This document shows positions 15,795 to 26,323 of a DNA stretch of 32,000 nucleotides, piece after piece. How positions within the stretch are numbered: position 1 is the first letter of the stretch; each line of letters opens with the position of its first letter. The stretch comes from Candidatus Baldrarchaeota archaeon. Lineage in GTDB: Archaea > Asgardarchaeota > Baldrarchaeia > Baldrarchaeales > DXJG01. The stretch covers positions 60,001 through 92,000 of the forward strand of contig DXJG01000007.1 of assembly GCA_019056805.1 (NCBI GenBank), in the 5' to 3' direction. The translations under genes and the position numbers were made by a program. A model generated the notes under the pieces. That model saw only the letters and a program-made list of their open reading frames with translations. It made no database searches and had not been told where the DNA came from.

Positions 15795-17606
15795 ATGGTG
15801 ATGGCTTTGCTAAGTTCAATTTTAGGCAGGAGTAAGTTAGAAGATATACTTGATTCTTTAATAGATACAGCTTTAGGAAAGAAAAAAGCCGACTTAGTTT
15901 TAAAAAACTGTTCAATAATCGATGTATATAGCGGCGAGATTATAGAAAAGAGCAATATAGCTGTAAAGGATGACAGAATTGTTCTTATTGGAAATGTAGA
16001 ACAATGTGTAGGTGAAAATACTTTAACATTCGATTTAAATGGGAAATATGTAGCTCCAGGTTTTATTGATGCACATGTCCATATTGAAAGTAGTATGTTA
16101 ACGCCTTCTCAGTTTGCTAGTGCTGTTTTACCTAGGGGAACTACTTGTATTTTTGCAGATCCACATGAAATAGCAAATGTCCTGGGAGTAAAAGGTGTAA
16201 AACTATTTTTAGAAGAAGCAAAAAATCTACCATTAAAAGTTCTTATATGTGCTCCGTCTTGTGTTCCAGCGGTCGGTGGAGAATTTGAGACAGCAGGAGC
16301 ATATATTGGTCCAAAAGAGATTGAAGAGCTTCTTTTAATGGATGGAGTAGTTGCATTGGCGGAAATGATGAATTATCCAGGGGTTTTATTCCGTGACAAA
16401 GAGGTTTTGGAGAAGATACGTATATCGCATAGACTTGGTAAGCCTGTAGATGGTCATGCACCTGGATTACTGGATGAGAATTTGTGTGCATATATGTCTG
16501 CTGGAATAACTTCGTGTCACGAGTCTACTACTGAATTGGAGGGTGTTCAAAAACTTAGGTTAGGAATGTATCTAATGATAAGAGAAGGGTCGGCATGGAA
16601 GGATTTAGCTGAAGTTATAAAAGCAGTAACGAAACAGGGTCTAAATCATAGAAGAGCGGTTCTAGTTACTGATGATAGGCATCCCTCTGATCTAATTCGT
16701 GAAGGTCACATGGATCATGTGGTTAGGAGGGGTATAGAGGAGGGTTTGGATCCGGTAGCAGCTATACAAATGGCTACTTTAAATCCAGCTGAGAGATACG
16801 GTTTAGATCTACATATTGGTGGTATTGCTCCTCCAAGATATGCGGACTTGATTGTTTTAAGCGATTTAGAAAAGGTACATGTGGATATGGTTTTTGCTGA
16901 TGGGAAACTAGTGGCTAAGGATGGAAAGCTTATAGTGGATGTTCCTAGGTTTGAATATCCTGATTGGGCTAAAAAGACTGTGAAAATAAAGGAATCGATT
17001 AGTGCTGATATGTTTGTAATAAAAGCTCCTATTGAAGAGGGAGTTGTGAAAACTAGGGTGATAGGTGTAATTAAGGGAAAAGCAACAACTAAACATCTTA
17101 TAGTAGATGTAAATGTTAAAGATTGGAAAATAAATGTAAGTACAGATGAAGATTTGGTTAAGATTGCGGTTATAGATAGGCACAAGGCAAGTGGAAGTAT
17201 GGGACTAGGGTTAGTTAAGGGATTTGGAATAAAACAGGGTGGAGTTGCATCGACGATAGCTCATGATAGTCATAATTTGATAGTTTTAGGTGTTGATGAA
17301 AATGATATGGCTTTGGCAGCTAACAAAGTTGTAGATTCAAATGGAGGCATGGCTATAGCTAAAGATGGAAAAATCGTTGTGTCTGTTGAACTTCCGATTG
17401 CTGGCATAATTACTGATGAAAACTTTGAAAACCTCTGCATAAAGGTTGAAAAATTTGAGGAAGCATGGAAAGAAATTGGATGCACCATAAGTGCTCCATT
17501 TATGACGATGTCACTCCTAGCTTTACCAGTAATACCTGAGCTTAGAATAACTGATAAAGGCCTAATAGATGTAGTAAAATTCCAGAAAGTAAGCTTATTT
17601 GCTTAA
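15795..17606 (+). CDS. ade: Adenine deaminase
   Basis: PGFIDAHVHIESS, DPHEIANV, LAEMMNYPG, DGHAPG, CHES, TDDRH and STIAHDSHN motifs. Confidence 0.95.
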   Translation: MVMALLSSILGRSKLEDILDSLIDTALGKKKADLVLKNCSIIDVYSGEIIEKSNIAVKDDRIVLIGNVEQCVGENTLTFDLNGKYVAPGFIDAHVHIESSMLTPSQFASAVLPRGTTCIFADPHEIANVLGVKGVKLFLEEAKNLPLKVLICAPSCVPAVGGEFETAGAYIGPKEIEELLLMDGVVALAEMMNYPGVLFRDKEVLEKIRISHRLGKPVDGHAPGLLDENLCAYMSAGITSCHESTTELEGVQKLRLGMYLMIREGSAWKDLAEVIKAVTKQGLNHRRAVLVTDDRHPSDLIREGHMDHVVRRGIEEGLDPVAAIQMATLNPAERYGLDLHIGGIAPPRYADLIVLSDLEKVHVDMVFADGKLVAKDGKLIVDVPRFEYPDWAKKTVKIKESISADMFVIKAPIEEGVVKTRVIGVIKGKATTKHLIVDVNVKDWKINVSTDEDLVKIAVIDRHKASGSMGLGLVKGFGIKQGGVASTIAHDSHNLIVLGVDENDMALAANKVVDSNGGMAIAKDGKIVVSVELPIAGIITDENFENLCIKVEKFEEAWKEIGCTISAPFMTMSLLALPVIPELRITDKGLIDVVKFQKVSLFA

Positions 17607-17700
17607 GATAACTTAGGAAACGATAGAAGCAATATAATTAAAAAATGAGAAGGGATATTATTAGATTTCCTCTTCTTTTTGCTTAGGATATTTTTGTAGA

Positions 17701-18177
17701 TTAACCTCCTGGTGATCCGTGCGATACGGAATACTTCCATATCCAGTCCCAGAACTCTTCTTCTTTCAACATTTCAGGTTCAACAATGATTTTGTCTATT
17801 TTTAATAGCAGTTCATGATGTCGTTTTTCATCATCCACGATGTATTGCAGTATCATTTTAATTTTCTTGTCATCTATTTTTTCTAGGAGTTCTGAATATG
17901 TTTTAATTGCTTTCTTTTCGAGTTCTATATGTTCTTTGATTTGATTACCGATACGTTCTCTCTCTTCTTCGGATATGAATGGAGTTTCATGTTTTAAGCG
18001 TGCTACTATGGCTCGAAGCATATCGGCATGTTTTTGAGAATCTAGTCCGATACTTTGAAGCAAACTTTTTATTAATATGTTTTTTACGTTTTCTGTAACC
18101 TCTTTAACAAGTTTAACTATTTTTTCTTCAAGCTCTACTTGTTTATTAAGAACATCTTCAAATTCTTCTTTTTTCAT
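17701..18177 (-). CDS. Ferritin/rubrerythrin-like four-helix-bundle protein
   Basis: Two repeats with E...DSQKH and E...DEKRH di-iron-type motifs. Start placed at ATG 18177 (track start 18201). Confidence 0.75.
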   Translation of the reverse strand: MKKEEFEDVLNKQVELEEKIVKLVKEVTENVKNILIKSLLQSIGLDSQKHADMLRAIVARLKHETPFISEEERERIGNQIKEHIELEKKAIKTYSELLEKIDDKKIKMILQYIVDDEKRHHELLLKIDKIIVEPEMLKEEEFWDWIWKYSVSHGSPGG

Positions 18178-18260
18178 AATATTGTCCCCCTTCCTATACA
18201 CTATTAATTTATTTATTAGTTAAATTAAAGTTTATTATCATAGAAAACGAATCATGCTCT

Positions 18261-18923
18261 TTACTTCTTTACTTTTCCGGTTTTTACTTCAATTTTAGGG
18301 CAGAACTTTTCTATGGGACACGTGTTGCATAATGGTTTTACTGGTTTGCATATGTGTTGTCCAAATGACACTAGTAGTTCGTTTATTTCTTTCCAATGTT
18401 TTATTGGTAGCTTTTTTCGCAGTTCCATTTCTGTTTCTTCCGGAGTTTTTGTTTTTACGTAGCCCCATCTATTTGTTATTCTATGCACATGAGTATCAAC
18501 ACAAATACCTAATTTATCAAATCCCAAAACTAAGACCAGGTTTGCAGTTTTTCTCCCGACGTCTTTGAGCTTTAATAATTCTTCCATGGAATCTGGAACT
18601 TTACCATTGTATTTTTCTATTAGTTCTTTGCAGACTTGAATAATTGCTTTTGCCTTGTTTCTGTAAAATCCTACGGGATAAATTAGCTCAGAAATTTTCT
18701 CCTCTCCCAGTTTTAACATGTCATATGGATTATCAGCCGCGCTAAACAGTTTTCGAGAAGCTACGATCGTTACTTCGTCCTTTGTTCTTGCACTTAGAAT
18801 TGTGGCAATAAGAACTTTGAAGGGATCTCTGTCTGCAACGACGGATACGGCTGGTTTTTCAAATTTAGAAACGGTTTTACTAATAATATTCAATACTTCT
18901 GATATATTTGAGTTGTCAATCAA
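18261..18923 (-). CDS. nth: Endonuclease III (HhH-GPD glycosylase with 4Fe-4S cluster)
   Basis: [12 protein letters not shown], Hh[18 protein letters not shown] and C-x6-C-x2-C-x5-C. Confidence 0.95.
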   Translation of the reverse strand: MIDNSNISEVLNIISKTVSKFEKPAVSVVADRDPFKVLIATILSARTKDEVTIVASRKLFSAADNPYDMLKLGEEKISELIYPVGFYRNKAKAIIQVCKELIEKYNGKVPDSMEELLKLKDVGRKTANLVLVLGFDKLGICVDTHVHRITNRWGYVKTKTPEETEMELRKKLPIKHWKEINELLVSFGQHICKPVKPLCNTCPIEKFCPKIEVKTGKVKK

Positions 18924-18953
18924 AACAAATCACCAAGACGGTTAATTTGTAAA

Positions 18954-21491
18954 TTATTGTGGTTTTTCGATAAGCTTTACATATTGTTCAGCTATTTCTG
19001 CGGCTTCTTTGAAGTTCCAGACTCTTGCTAATCTAACTATACCTCTAAGTTTGTGTATTAAGGAATCTAACCATCGGAAGAGATCTCCTGGATAAACGTA
19101 TAGTTCATATTCTTTTTGAAGGCGTGATGCTATTTCTCGTAACTTTAGTTTTTCTTCTAATCTTAGTTTTACTATCTTTTTGCAGAGGTTTATTATTCCG
19201 TGTTCGCAGAACGGACTTTCTTTACATTTGCAGTTGAAGAATTCAAGTGACCATTTCGCAAATAGTTCGAGAATCCACTTAGGTAACTTAGGCATGCTTT
19301 CTCTCGTAGAGACGTCCATTATGTCGAGGATAGCGTCTGAGAAAAGTTTTGACGAGAAACGTATGTTAAATGCTGTTTCAAGTTCTCTTTGCACCTTTGA
19401 AGAAACGTAGATTTGAGTAAACGGTTCTAGGAGAATTGCTACTTCAAGAACATCTATACCATCCTTAAGATATTTTCTCGTTATTTTTACCTCAGATAGT
19501 TTGTAGAAGGATGTTGCAGTAGCTCTTCCCAAGGGAGTTATCATAATTTTACCATTATTTATCGCTATCATTTCAGCTTTGACTAGAGTTTCGAGGACAT
19601 GATCTAAATTTTCAGATGCTCCTAGTAACATGTTATAATAATGTTTTAAATCATCGAAAAGTACTTCTCCTTCTGCTGATATGTAAGCAAGAACTTGGTC
19701 AGCGCATCCTTCAATATCGTAGGAAACTTCAACTGGTTCTAAATTTCCTTCAAGCAGTTTTATTGCTACCGAATCTTCTGTTTCCTCGACAGTTCCTCCA
19801 TATTTCTTTCCAGGTTCAACTAGGATAACTACACGTCCTCTATCATGTTTTCCTAAGCGTCCTGCTCTTCCAGCCATGTTTTCAAACATGCTTTTAGTGA
19901 TGAAATTAATACCTTGAGCTAGAGATTCAAAGACAACCATGCTTGCAGGTGCATCAAAACCTGCGCCTAGAGCATAAGTTGTAGTGACTGCTTGATAAAA
20001 ACCGTTTTCGAAACCTAGTTCTATCATCTTTCTTCTCGGATAGGTGAGTCCAGCGTGATAAGTAGCTACTCTTAGGCCTCTTTTGTTTAGCCAACTGCTA
20101 ATTTGATGAGCTCTTCTCCTAGAGTTAGTGAAAATTATTGTTTGTCCTCTGAATCCATGGCTGCTTATTGTTTCCCATTCTTGTTTTATTATGTTCTCTA
20201 TTGCTCTAAGCTTATCTTTCTCGGATAAGCAGATGACTAGGTGTCGTTCAAGGGGCACAGGTCGTTCAGAATATTTTACAAGTTCTAAGTTAAGGTTTTT
20301 AGCAAGTTCTTCGGGGTTTCCAACACTTGCTGATAAAGCAATTATTTGACATTTTGGAAATAGGGATCGAATTCTTGTGATGAGACCGTCTAGTTCTGGT
20401 CCTCTTTCCTCGTCTCCAAGGCTTTGAATTTCATCTACTATAACTACACCTATGTCTCCTAGGTCGCTGTATCGACCTGATCTTATGAGGAAATCTAATC
20501 CTTCGTATGTTCCAACGATGATATCTGCGTTTTTAACGTCTTCATCAACTATTACTAGTTCTTCGTCACCTACATCTATTCTACTCATTCCAACTCTTAT
20601 TGCTACTCTTAATCCAAGTTTTGAATATCTTGCTTTGAATGTTTCATATTTTTGATTTGCAAGAGCTACAAGATTGCATAGGTACAGCATTTTCCTGCCA
20701 TTTAGTGCAGCAAGGACGCCTGGAAGTTCACCTATAAGTGTTTTACCTGTGGAAGTTGCAGAAGCAACGAGAATACTTTTCCCTTTCAATAATCCGCTTC
20801 TTATTGCCTTAACCTGTATTGGTAATAGTTCATGTATTCCATGTTCTTTCAAAACCTTTTTCAGGATCCCCGGTATTTCAAGGTCATCTACCGTTAATCG
20901 TTCTGTAACTTCGTATTTAGCTTCTTTTTTGTCGAAAAGTGTAAGTTCTGGATTTACGTAAATGTTCATTCCAGTCGCTAAATGTCCCAGAAGTTTATCA
21001 ACACTTCTAACTTTTCGAAGTAGTGCAAAAAGTCTCTCGGAAATTACATCAGAAACATATATGCCCCTGAATTTTAATTCTCGTATCAATTCATCCTTTG
21101 CACATTTGAAACAAACATTTTTTTCCTGAGCTTCAAAGAGTTCGGATTCAGCTTCGAGAACTGTAACTTTTCCTTCTATTTCACAAAATGGGCAAAGTCT
21201 CACTACATGAATCTTATTGTCGCGTATGTTATATGCTTTGAACATGTCATAAAGCATGTTTCTTATCGAATTTTGAATGTTTTCAGAAATCAAAACTTTG
21301 CTTGAATATCGTAAAATTTTTATGAAATCTTCTGGGGGATAGGCTTCTAATCTCCCCTTAACTTCTAATAAGAGTCTTCGTGGCCGAAGAAATTTATCAT
21401 TTTTAAAATATATTTGAAGCCTGCCCCTGTAATCAGGTCTATTATATTTTGCCTTTTTACCACTAACAAAAACACCTATCGTAAATTCCAT
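18954..21491 (-). CDS. Archaeal DEAD/DEAH-box (Ski2-like, DUF5814-type) helicase
   Basis: ATSTGKT, IVDEIQ, ALSAS, YHAGL and MAGRAGR motifs; Cys clusters at both ends. ATG 21491 follows AGGAG (track start 21539). Confidence 0.9.
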   Translation of the reverse strand: MEFTIGVFVSGKKAKYNRPDYRGRLQIYFKNDKFLRPRRLLLEVKGRLEAYPPEDFIKILRYSSKVLISENIQNSIRNMLYDMFKAYNIRDNKIHVVRLCPFCEIEGKVTVLEAESELFEAQEKNVCFKCAKDELIRELKFRGIYVSDVISERLFALLRKVRSVDKLLGHLATGMNIYVNPELTLFDKKEAKYEVTERLTVDDLEIPGILKKVLKEHGIHELLPIQVKAIRSGLLKGKSILVASATSTGKTLIGELPGVLAALNGRKMLYLCNLVALANQKYETFKARYSKLGLRVAIRVGMSRIDVGDEELVIVDEDVKNADIIVGTYEGLDFLIRSGRYSDLGDIGVVIVDEIQSLGDEERGPELDGLITRIRSLFPKCQIIALSASVGNPEELAKNLNLELVKYSERPVPLERHLVICLSEKDKLRAIENIIKQEWETISSHGFRGQTIIFTNSRRRAHQISSWLNKRGLRVATYHAGLTYPRRKMIELGFENGFYQAVTTTYALGAGFDAPASMVVFESLAQGINFITKSMFENMAGRAGRLGKHDRGRVVILVEPGKKYGGTVEETEDSVAIKLLEGNLEPVEVSYDIEGCADQVLAYISAEGEVLFDDLKHYYNMLLGASENLDHVLETLVKAEMIAINNGKIMITPLGRATATSFYKLSEVKITRKYLKDGIDVLEVAILLEPFTQIYVSSKVQRELETAFNIRFSSKLFSDAILDIMDVSTRESMPKLPKWILELFAKWSLEFFNCKCKESPFCEHGIINLCKKIVKLRLEEKLKLREIASRLQKEYELYVYPGDLFRWLDSLIHKLRGIVRLARVWNFKEAAEIAEQYVKLIEKPQ

Positions 21492-21749
21492 TTTCTTCTC
21501 CTTGTAATTCCAGAATAACAAAGTACAGTTGCTAAACATCCCTATACCTACCTTTTATTGAAATAAACGATTACACTAAAAGGGTTTATGAATTTTCTCA
21601 TTATAAATGTCGCTGGAAATTTCTAGGAACCAAAACCATTATAATTAAAATTAACAAAACCCAGATAACCTATATAAAAAATAAAGGGTAGTTTAGGGGG
21701 GATTTCTGCAACACTTGCAACTTAGACATAACTTACATTTATGTAAGCA

Positions 21750-24700
21750 TTATTGAAGTTTACACCTTTCTCTTCCTTTAAAGACCACGATCAATAAACC
21801 TATAATTGCAACTGTTGCTACTCCTGCGCATAGTATGATTGTAAGTATTGGTCTTTCCGGTGCAAGTTTAATCTTTATTGTTTTTGTTCCATTTAGGTAG
21901 AAGACTTCAGTGGTGGCTATCTTATAGCCACTTGCATTCACTTTCACATAGTATTCACCTTCGTGTAAAAAGAATGTTACACAGCCTGTTGCGTTTGTTT
22001 TACCGGTTTGTGCAAGTGTACCGTCGGAAAAATAGACTTCTACCGTTGCATTTTCAATTACACTGCCATAGACGTAAACATTCAGCTGATAAAGAGTTTT
22101 GAATTCCCCTGAAAGCGTGGTATTGTATAAAATTGTACCCGAATGAACTTCTTCGAAAATCATTTCACCCTTACTTAGCACTGTGATTGTAAGCGTGTAA
22201 TTGGTTTCATATTCTTCTTCTGTTAAAATCCCTGCATCCACTACCCAAGTGAAATTTTTAACCTCCGCCGGGAAGTATATCAAAATTGTATTGTTCCCCA
22301 ATTCCACATAACTTGCATTCGGGATACCGACTTCTATGGGAGGCTTTAAAGACGCATTATAACCTATGTGATTACCAGAAGAATCGTAAACATGTAGATA
22401 AAGCGGTAGAAGCGATTGCAACCGAACAATCATAATATTAGTTCTCAGAATCGCAGGAGTTAAATAAGCACATACAAAATCGTCCCACAAGGTATTACGC
22501 GCAAAACTAGTATCATTGTACCTTCCGTCATAAGCGTGTTGAATTTTCTCGAAATAAATAGTTAAACCATGAAAATCTGACCGTGTCCAAGGTTCGCCAG
22601 CCTGTGGCGAAATATCATTCCAATTTATTACTATAGCGCTAATATTGGTCATTACATTCATAGCACAGTCTCTAATATCTGCATCAGTAATCCTATTGTG
22701 AATTTGGTTTGCAAAGCTATAGAGATCGATGTATTCAGGTCTAAGATAAGCTTCTTGTGTATTTAATCTTGCATTTATTATCTCAGTTTCGTAGGTATCA
22801 AGGTTTGCTAATAGTTCGAAAACAAGTGCATCCAGAGCATTAACTAAGTTGTCTATTTGAGAAAGATCAATTCCTGCAAGCGTCTCAGGATACATACGAG
22901 GTCTATTATCATAGTATAGTCTATAATTATCTATAATTGTTTCAACTAGTTCTCGCTTAGTCATGAGAGGATTGTCTGTCAAATCTGAAAGTATCCAACC
23001 GTAGGGCCAACTGTCAAGTGGAATAGGTTGTTCAGAAGCAACAAGGTATTCCGCGTAATCTTTTACCACATAAGCAACTTCAAGCATTGCCATTAAACAT
23101 GCATCAAACCCAATAATGTCAAGTTTTTGACTTTGCAAACCCGCATCCGAAAGCGCGCTATCTAATTCGTCTAAAGTTAATATGTCAAGTGTTCGCCATG
23201 TACCATTGATGTTATCACGTTCTGACATACTTCCCTTATAGCCGCCACCATGATTATCTAAAACAAGTATGTAATGTCCTGCAGGGTATTCCTCCATAGT
23301 CCACTTAATAAACATCTCTAAAGTTTCGTCGTCAGCTAGATTCAACTCTGCAGGTATCCAGCCCTCCACAGTTCTTTCAACTACTTCGTTCTCTCTTACA
23401 TAATATAGATTTGTGACTGTTGTCGAATTTCTATCAGTCAGGGTAACTACATTTATTAAAGCTGTCGAACCTATCGACTTTATCTCATTAAGATTATTTT
23501 CTGCAATAGCCTCCTCTAAATCGTTGTCTGCTTGTTGGTAGGCGAAGAATGTCCATTCTGCAAGTGGTAGGGTTGGGCTACCTGTCTTAGCTGCAACTGC
23601 TACCTCGCCGATATAATATCCTGTAACGTCTGGAATTTCGCTAGGAGAGCTCCAAGCGGTGCCGTTAAATACTGAAAATTTTACTGTTGTGTTAATCCAG
23701 CATGCAAGTGTTAGATTATGAGCTAAATATGCAACACTTGGATAATCACCTTGCGCTATGTATGTACATGTTGACCAATTACCATTTTCTTCTAGATTGT
23801 AGTAAATGCCTTCAGTTGCTACATCATGTACCATAATTCCTCCATTACTTTCATTAAATGCTATCCTAGCTCTATGCACAGCATCTGTATGCGTACATAC
23901 CGAAGTAGTTGTCCAATCACTTCCATTCCACTTCGCAGAATATACTAGTCCATTGAGACCCCAAACAACCTTTGTGTTCCCTAATTTATCTGAAGAAAGA
24001 TCAGCAGCCCCAACACTATAAGTTGTTGAATAAGAACCGGGAACCGTATCTTGAGCACTAAAACTGCTACCATCCCATATCGCATAACGAATTTCCCCTT
24101 CATAAGTGCCGGTGGCGGAGTCAACATGAGTATAGGTCCAAACAAGTATTGCTTTGTGCCTTGTTAAAGGTGAAGTCGCGTTAGATTCATGTGTAGTAAA
24201 TGTAAGTTCGGGCTCAGATGCGGAATAATCGTTATCTGTAACAAGTGGGGCATCATAGAGACAAATTGGTTCACTCCAAGTAGTGCCGTCCCAAGTTGAG
24301 TAGTATAAGTCTGTACCAGAGTAATACTCTGTTTCTGTTGAGTAGTACCAGTTTGCTTGCCAAGCAGCAATTGCTTTGCCGTTTACGTCAATTGCAATTG
24401 TAGGGCATTGAAGCCCTGTAAGGACTTTTGGAGAAGGTAAACCGTGTTCTGGTAATGTACCAATGCTCCAACTATGGGTGTTGCTGTCCCATTTTGCGTA
24501 CATGATTCTGAAGGGGCCTTCTGGTCCACCTATATAACTCCAAACTACGATAATTCCTCCGGCTCTTCCGAAAGCAACGTCGGGATGTGAGTTTTTGTCA
24601 TGAATGAAGAGTGGGGAAGCAGGTATATCGGGGTCTGTGCCGTTCCACCATTTCCATGTCAGTTGTTCGTTGCGTGCGGGTATGCTTGGCTCATGGCCAT

Positions 24701-24950
24701 ACATGGAGTACCATATTTCGTAGTTTTCGCTCGTTGAGCTTTCTCTTCTGACCCATACTGCGATTGCATCTATGCTTGGCTTATCTACTGCTTGTTTACT
24801 AGGTATATTAGACACTGTCACTGTGGATTCGTTTGGTTTAGAACTAGTTTTTACTGTTGTGGGAAGTGATGCCATTTGCGCTAGAAACAGTATAATTAAG
24901 AGCGTGGCAACACATTTACTATATCGTGTTAACTTTTTCAAGTTAATCAC
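21750..24950 (-). CDS. Large surface-anchored clostripain-family (C11) cysteine peptidase
   Basis: Signal peptide; about 400 aa beta-rich N-terminal region; LVLDNHGGG and IIGFDACLMA catalytic His/Cys motifs; C-terminal carboxypeptidase-regulatory-like segment and TM anchor. Confidence 0.85.
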   Translation of the reverse strand: MINLKKLTRYSKCVATLLIILFLAQMASLPTTVKTSSKPNESTVTVSNIPSKQAVDKPSIDAIAVWVRRESSTSENYEIWYSMYGHEPSIPARNEQLTWKWWNGTDPDIPASPLFIHDKNSHPDVAFGRAGGIIVVWSYIGGPEGPFRIMYAKWDSNTHSWSIGTLPEHGLPSPKVLTGLQCPTIAIDVNGKAIAAWQANWYYSTETEYYSGTDLYYSTWDGTTWSEPICLYDAPLVTDNDYSASEPELTFTTHESNATSPLTRHKAILVWTYTHVDSATGTYEGEIRYAIWDGSSFSAQDTVPGSYSTTYSVGAADLSSDKLGNTKVVWGLNGLVYSAKWNGSDWTTTSVCTHTDAVHRARIAFNESNGGIMVHDVATEGIYYNLEENGNWSTCTYIAQGDYPSVAYLAHNLTLACWINTTVKFSVFNGTAWSSPSEIPDVTGYYIGEVAVAAKTGSPTLPLAEWTFFAYQQADNDLEEAIAENNLNEIKSIGSTALINVVTLTDRNSTTVTNLYYVRENEVVERTVEGWIPAELNLADDETLEMFIKWTMEEYPAGHYILVLDNHGGGYKGSMSERDNINGTWRTLDILTLDELDSALSDAGLQSQKLDIIGFDACLMAMLEVAYVVKDYAEYLVASEQPIPLDSWPYGWILSDLTDNPLMTKRELVETIIDNYRLYYDNRPRMYPETLAGIDLSQIDNLVNALDALVFELLANLDTYETEIINARLNTQEAYLRPEYIDLYSFANQIHNRITDADIRDCAMNVMTNISAIVINWNDISPQAGEPWTRSDFHGLTIYFEKIQHAYDGRYNDTSFARNTLWDDFVCAYLTPAILRTNIMIVRLQSLLPLYLHVYDSSGNHIGYNASLKPPIEVGIPNASYVELGNNTILIYFPAEVKNFTWVVDAGILTEEEYETNYTLTITVLSKGEMIFEEVHSGTILYNTTLSGEFKTLYQLNVYVYGSVIENATVEVYFSDGTLAQTGKTNATGCVTFFLHEGEYYVKVNASGYKIATTEVFYLNGTKTIKIKLAPERPILTIILCAGVATVAIIGLLIVVFKGRERCKLQ

Positions 24951-25064
24951 GAGTTTTTATCAATATATTCGGTATATTTTGTATATATAATTTTTGAATA
25001 TTATCGAGAATCATATATATTATATTTATGTTATGTTGTATTTTTCACTGTAAACTTGTTAGAT

Positions 25065-26129
25065 TTAGGTTATTCTTGTTGGAATATAGTTTTTGATTGG
25101 ACATTTATGTTTCATGTTACATATTCCGCAGTTTCTTGGATGTGTTTTACATCCAGTTTTTAAAGCATAGGCAGCTGCTTTTAAAGCCCATTCATGTTCA
25201 TAATATTTTGAGACTTTAGTTTTTAGCTTTTCAAAGTCTTTTGGCTCATATCCAGGTATATTTGGTCTACCTGACCAATTTACTCTTACCAGTCCGGTTT
25301 TATGGGCTATTTCAACCGTTTTGTCCATTAGTTTCCATGTTGCACCCATATATTGGTCTAATACAAAATTTGGTCTAAAAACAAGGAAGCAAACTGGCAA
25401 TGTGGGATCTATAGATGCCATGAATTCGCATATTGCTTTTATTTCTTCTACATCTACTATTCCAGGTATTACTAGGATTCTATATTCCCATAGTTTATCT
25501 CTAGCATGTTTGGCGATGTATTCAGCATTTCTTAGAACTGGTTCTGAAGGAGCTCCTGTTAATGCTTTATGGACATCGTCATTGTAAGCTTTTATATCGA
25601 AAGTTATGGAAGTTGTAAATTTTAATACTCTTTTTAAGGATTTCATGGTTAGGAAGCCGTTGGTGTCGAAATTTATTTTTGTTTCTGGGTCTATTTTTCT
25701 AGCTTCCTCTACTATTTTCTCTATGTAGGGTAAATGTATGGTAGGTTCTCCGCCGCTGAAAAATATGCGATCTGCACCTATGAATTGCCCCATAGATGAG
25801 TTTATTGCGTTAATTGATTCTTTTGCAAGTTCTTTCGGGTTTACGTAGCCTCTTATCACGGTTTTTGTGTCTGGGTAGTGTGCTATGGAATAGTTTTGGC
25901 AGTTTAGACATTTAAAGTTGCATCCTGCCATGAATATTGTGTAGCTTTGTGGTGGTGCTGGATGAAGTTGACAACTTGCGACGTGCGGAATGCTTATTCT
26001 ACATACTCCAAGTTCTCCAGTTATTCTATTTACACCGCATTGCCATTCACATAACTTGCAATTTTCAAGTTCAGTTAGAAACTTTTGTGTTTCAATGTTC
26101 AGTAAATATACCTCCCTGTGTTTAAACAA
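25065..26129 (-). CDS. Radical SAM protein (PflX / glycyl-radical-activase-like group)
   Basis: GCNFKCLNCQN (CxxxCxxC), SGGEPT, FDTNG; N-terminal CKLCEWQC...C. Confidence 0.9.
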   Translation of the reverse strand: MFKHREVYLLNIETQKFLTELENCKLCEWQCGVNRITGELGVCRISIPHVASCQLHPAPPQSYTIFMAGCNFKCLNCQNYSIAHYPDTKTVIRGYVNPKELAKESINAINSSMGQFIGADRIFFSGGEPTIHLPYIEKIVEEARKIDPETKINFDTNGFLTMKSLKRVLKFTTSITFDIKAYNDDVHKALTGAPSEPVLRNAEYIAKHARDKLWEYRILVIPGIVDVEEIKAICEFMASIDPTLPVCFLVFRPNFVLDQYMGATWKLMDKTVEIAHKTGLVRVNWSGRPNIPGYEPKDFEKLKTKVSKYYEHEWALKAAAYALKTGCKTHPRNCGICNMKHKCPIKNYIPTRIT

Positions 26130-26323
26130 TTCATCTAGTTTTCTGGTTTATGGCTTAGTTAAATTTTGTCTTAGTTATATTTCATGTTTAGATTTTACGT
26201 TATTAAAGTTAGTTGACAAATTAATATGTTGTTTCATTACCCGATTTTATGCATAGTTTATTTGTTTTAAGTCGAAAAATTAAAAAGAATTTGTGATCCT
26301 CGTATTTTGCTAAAAATGGATGG

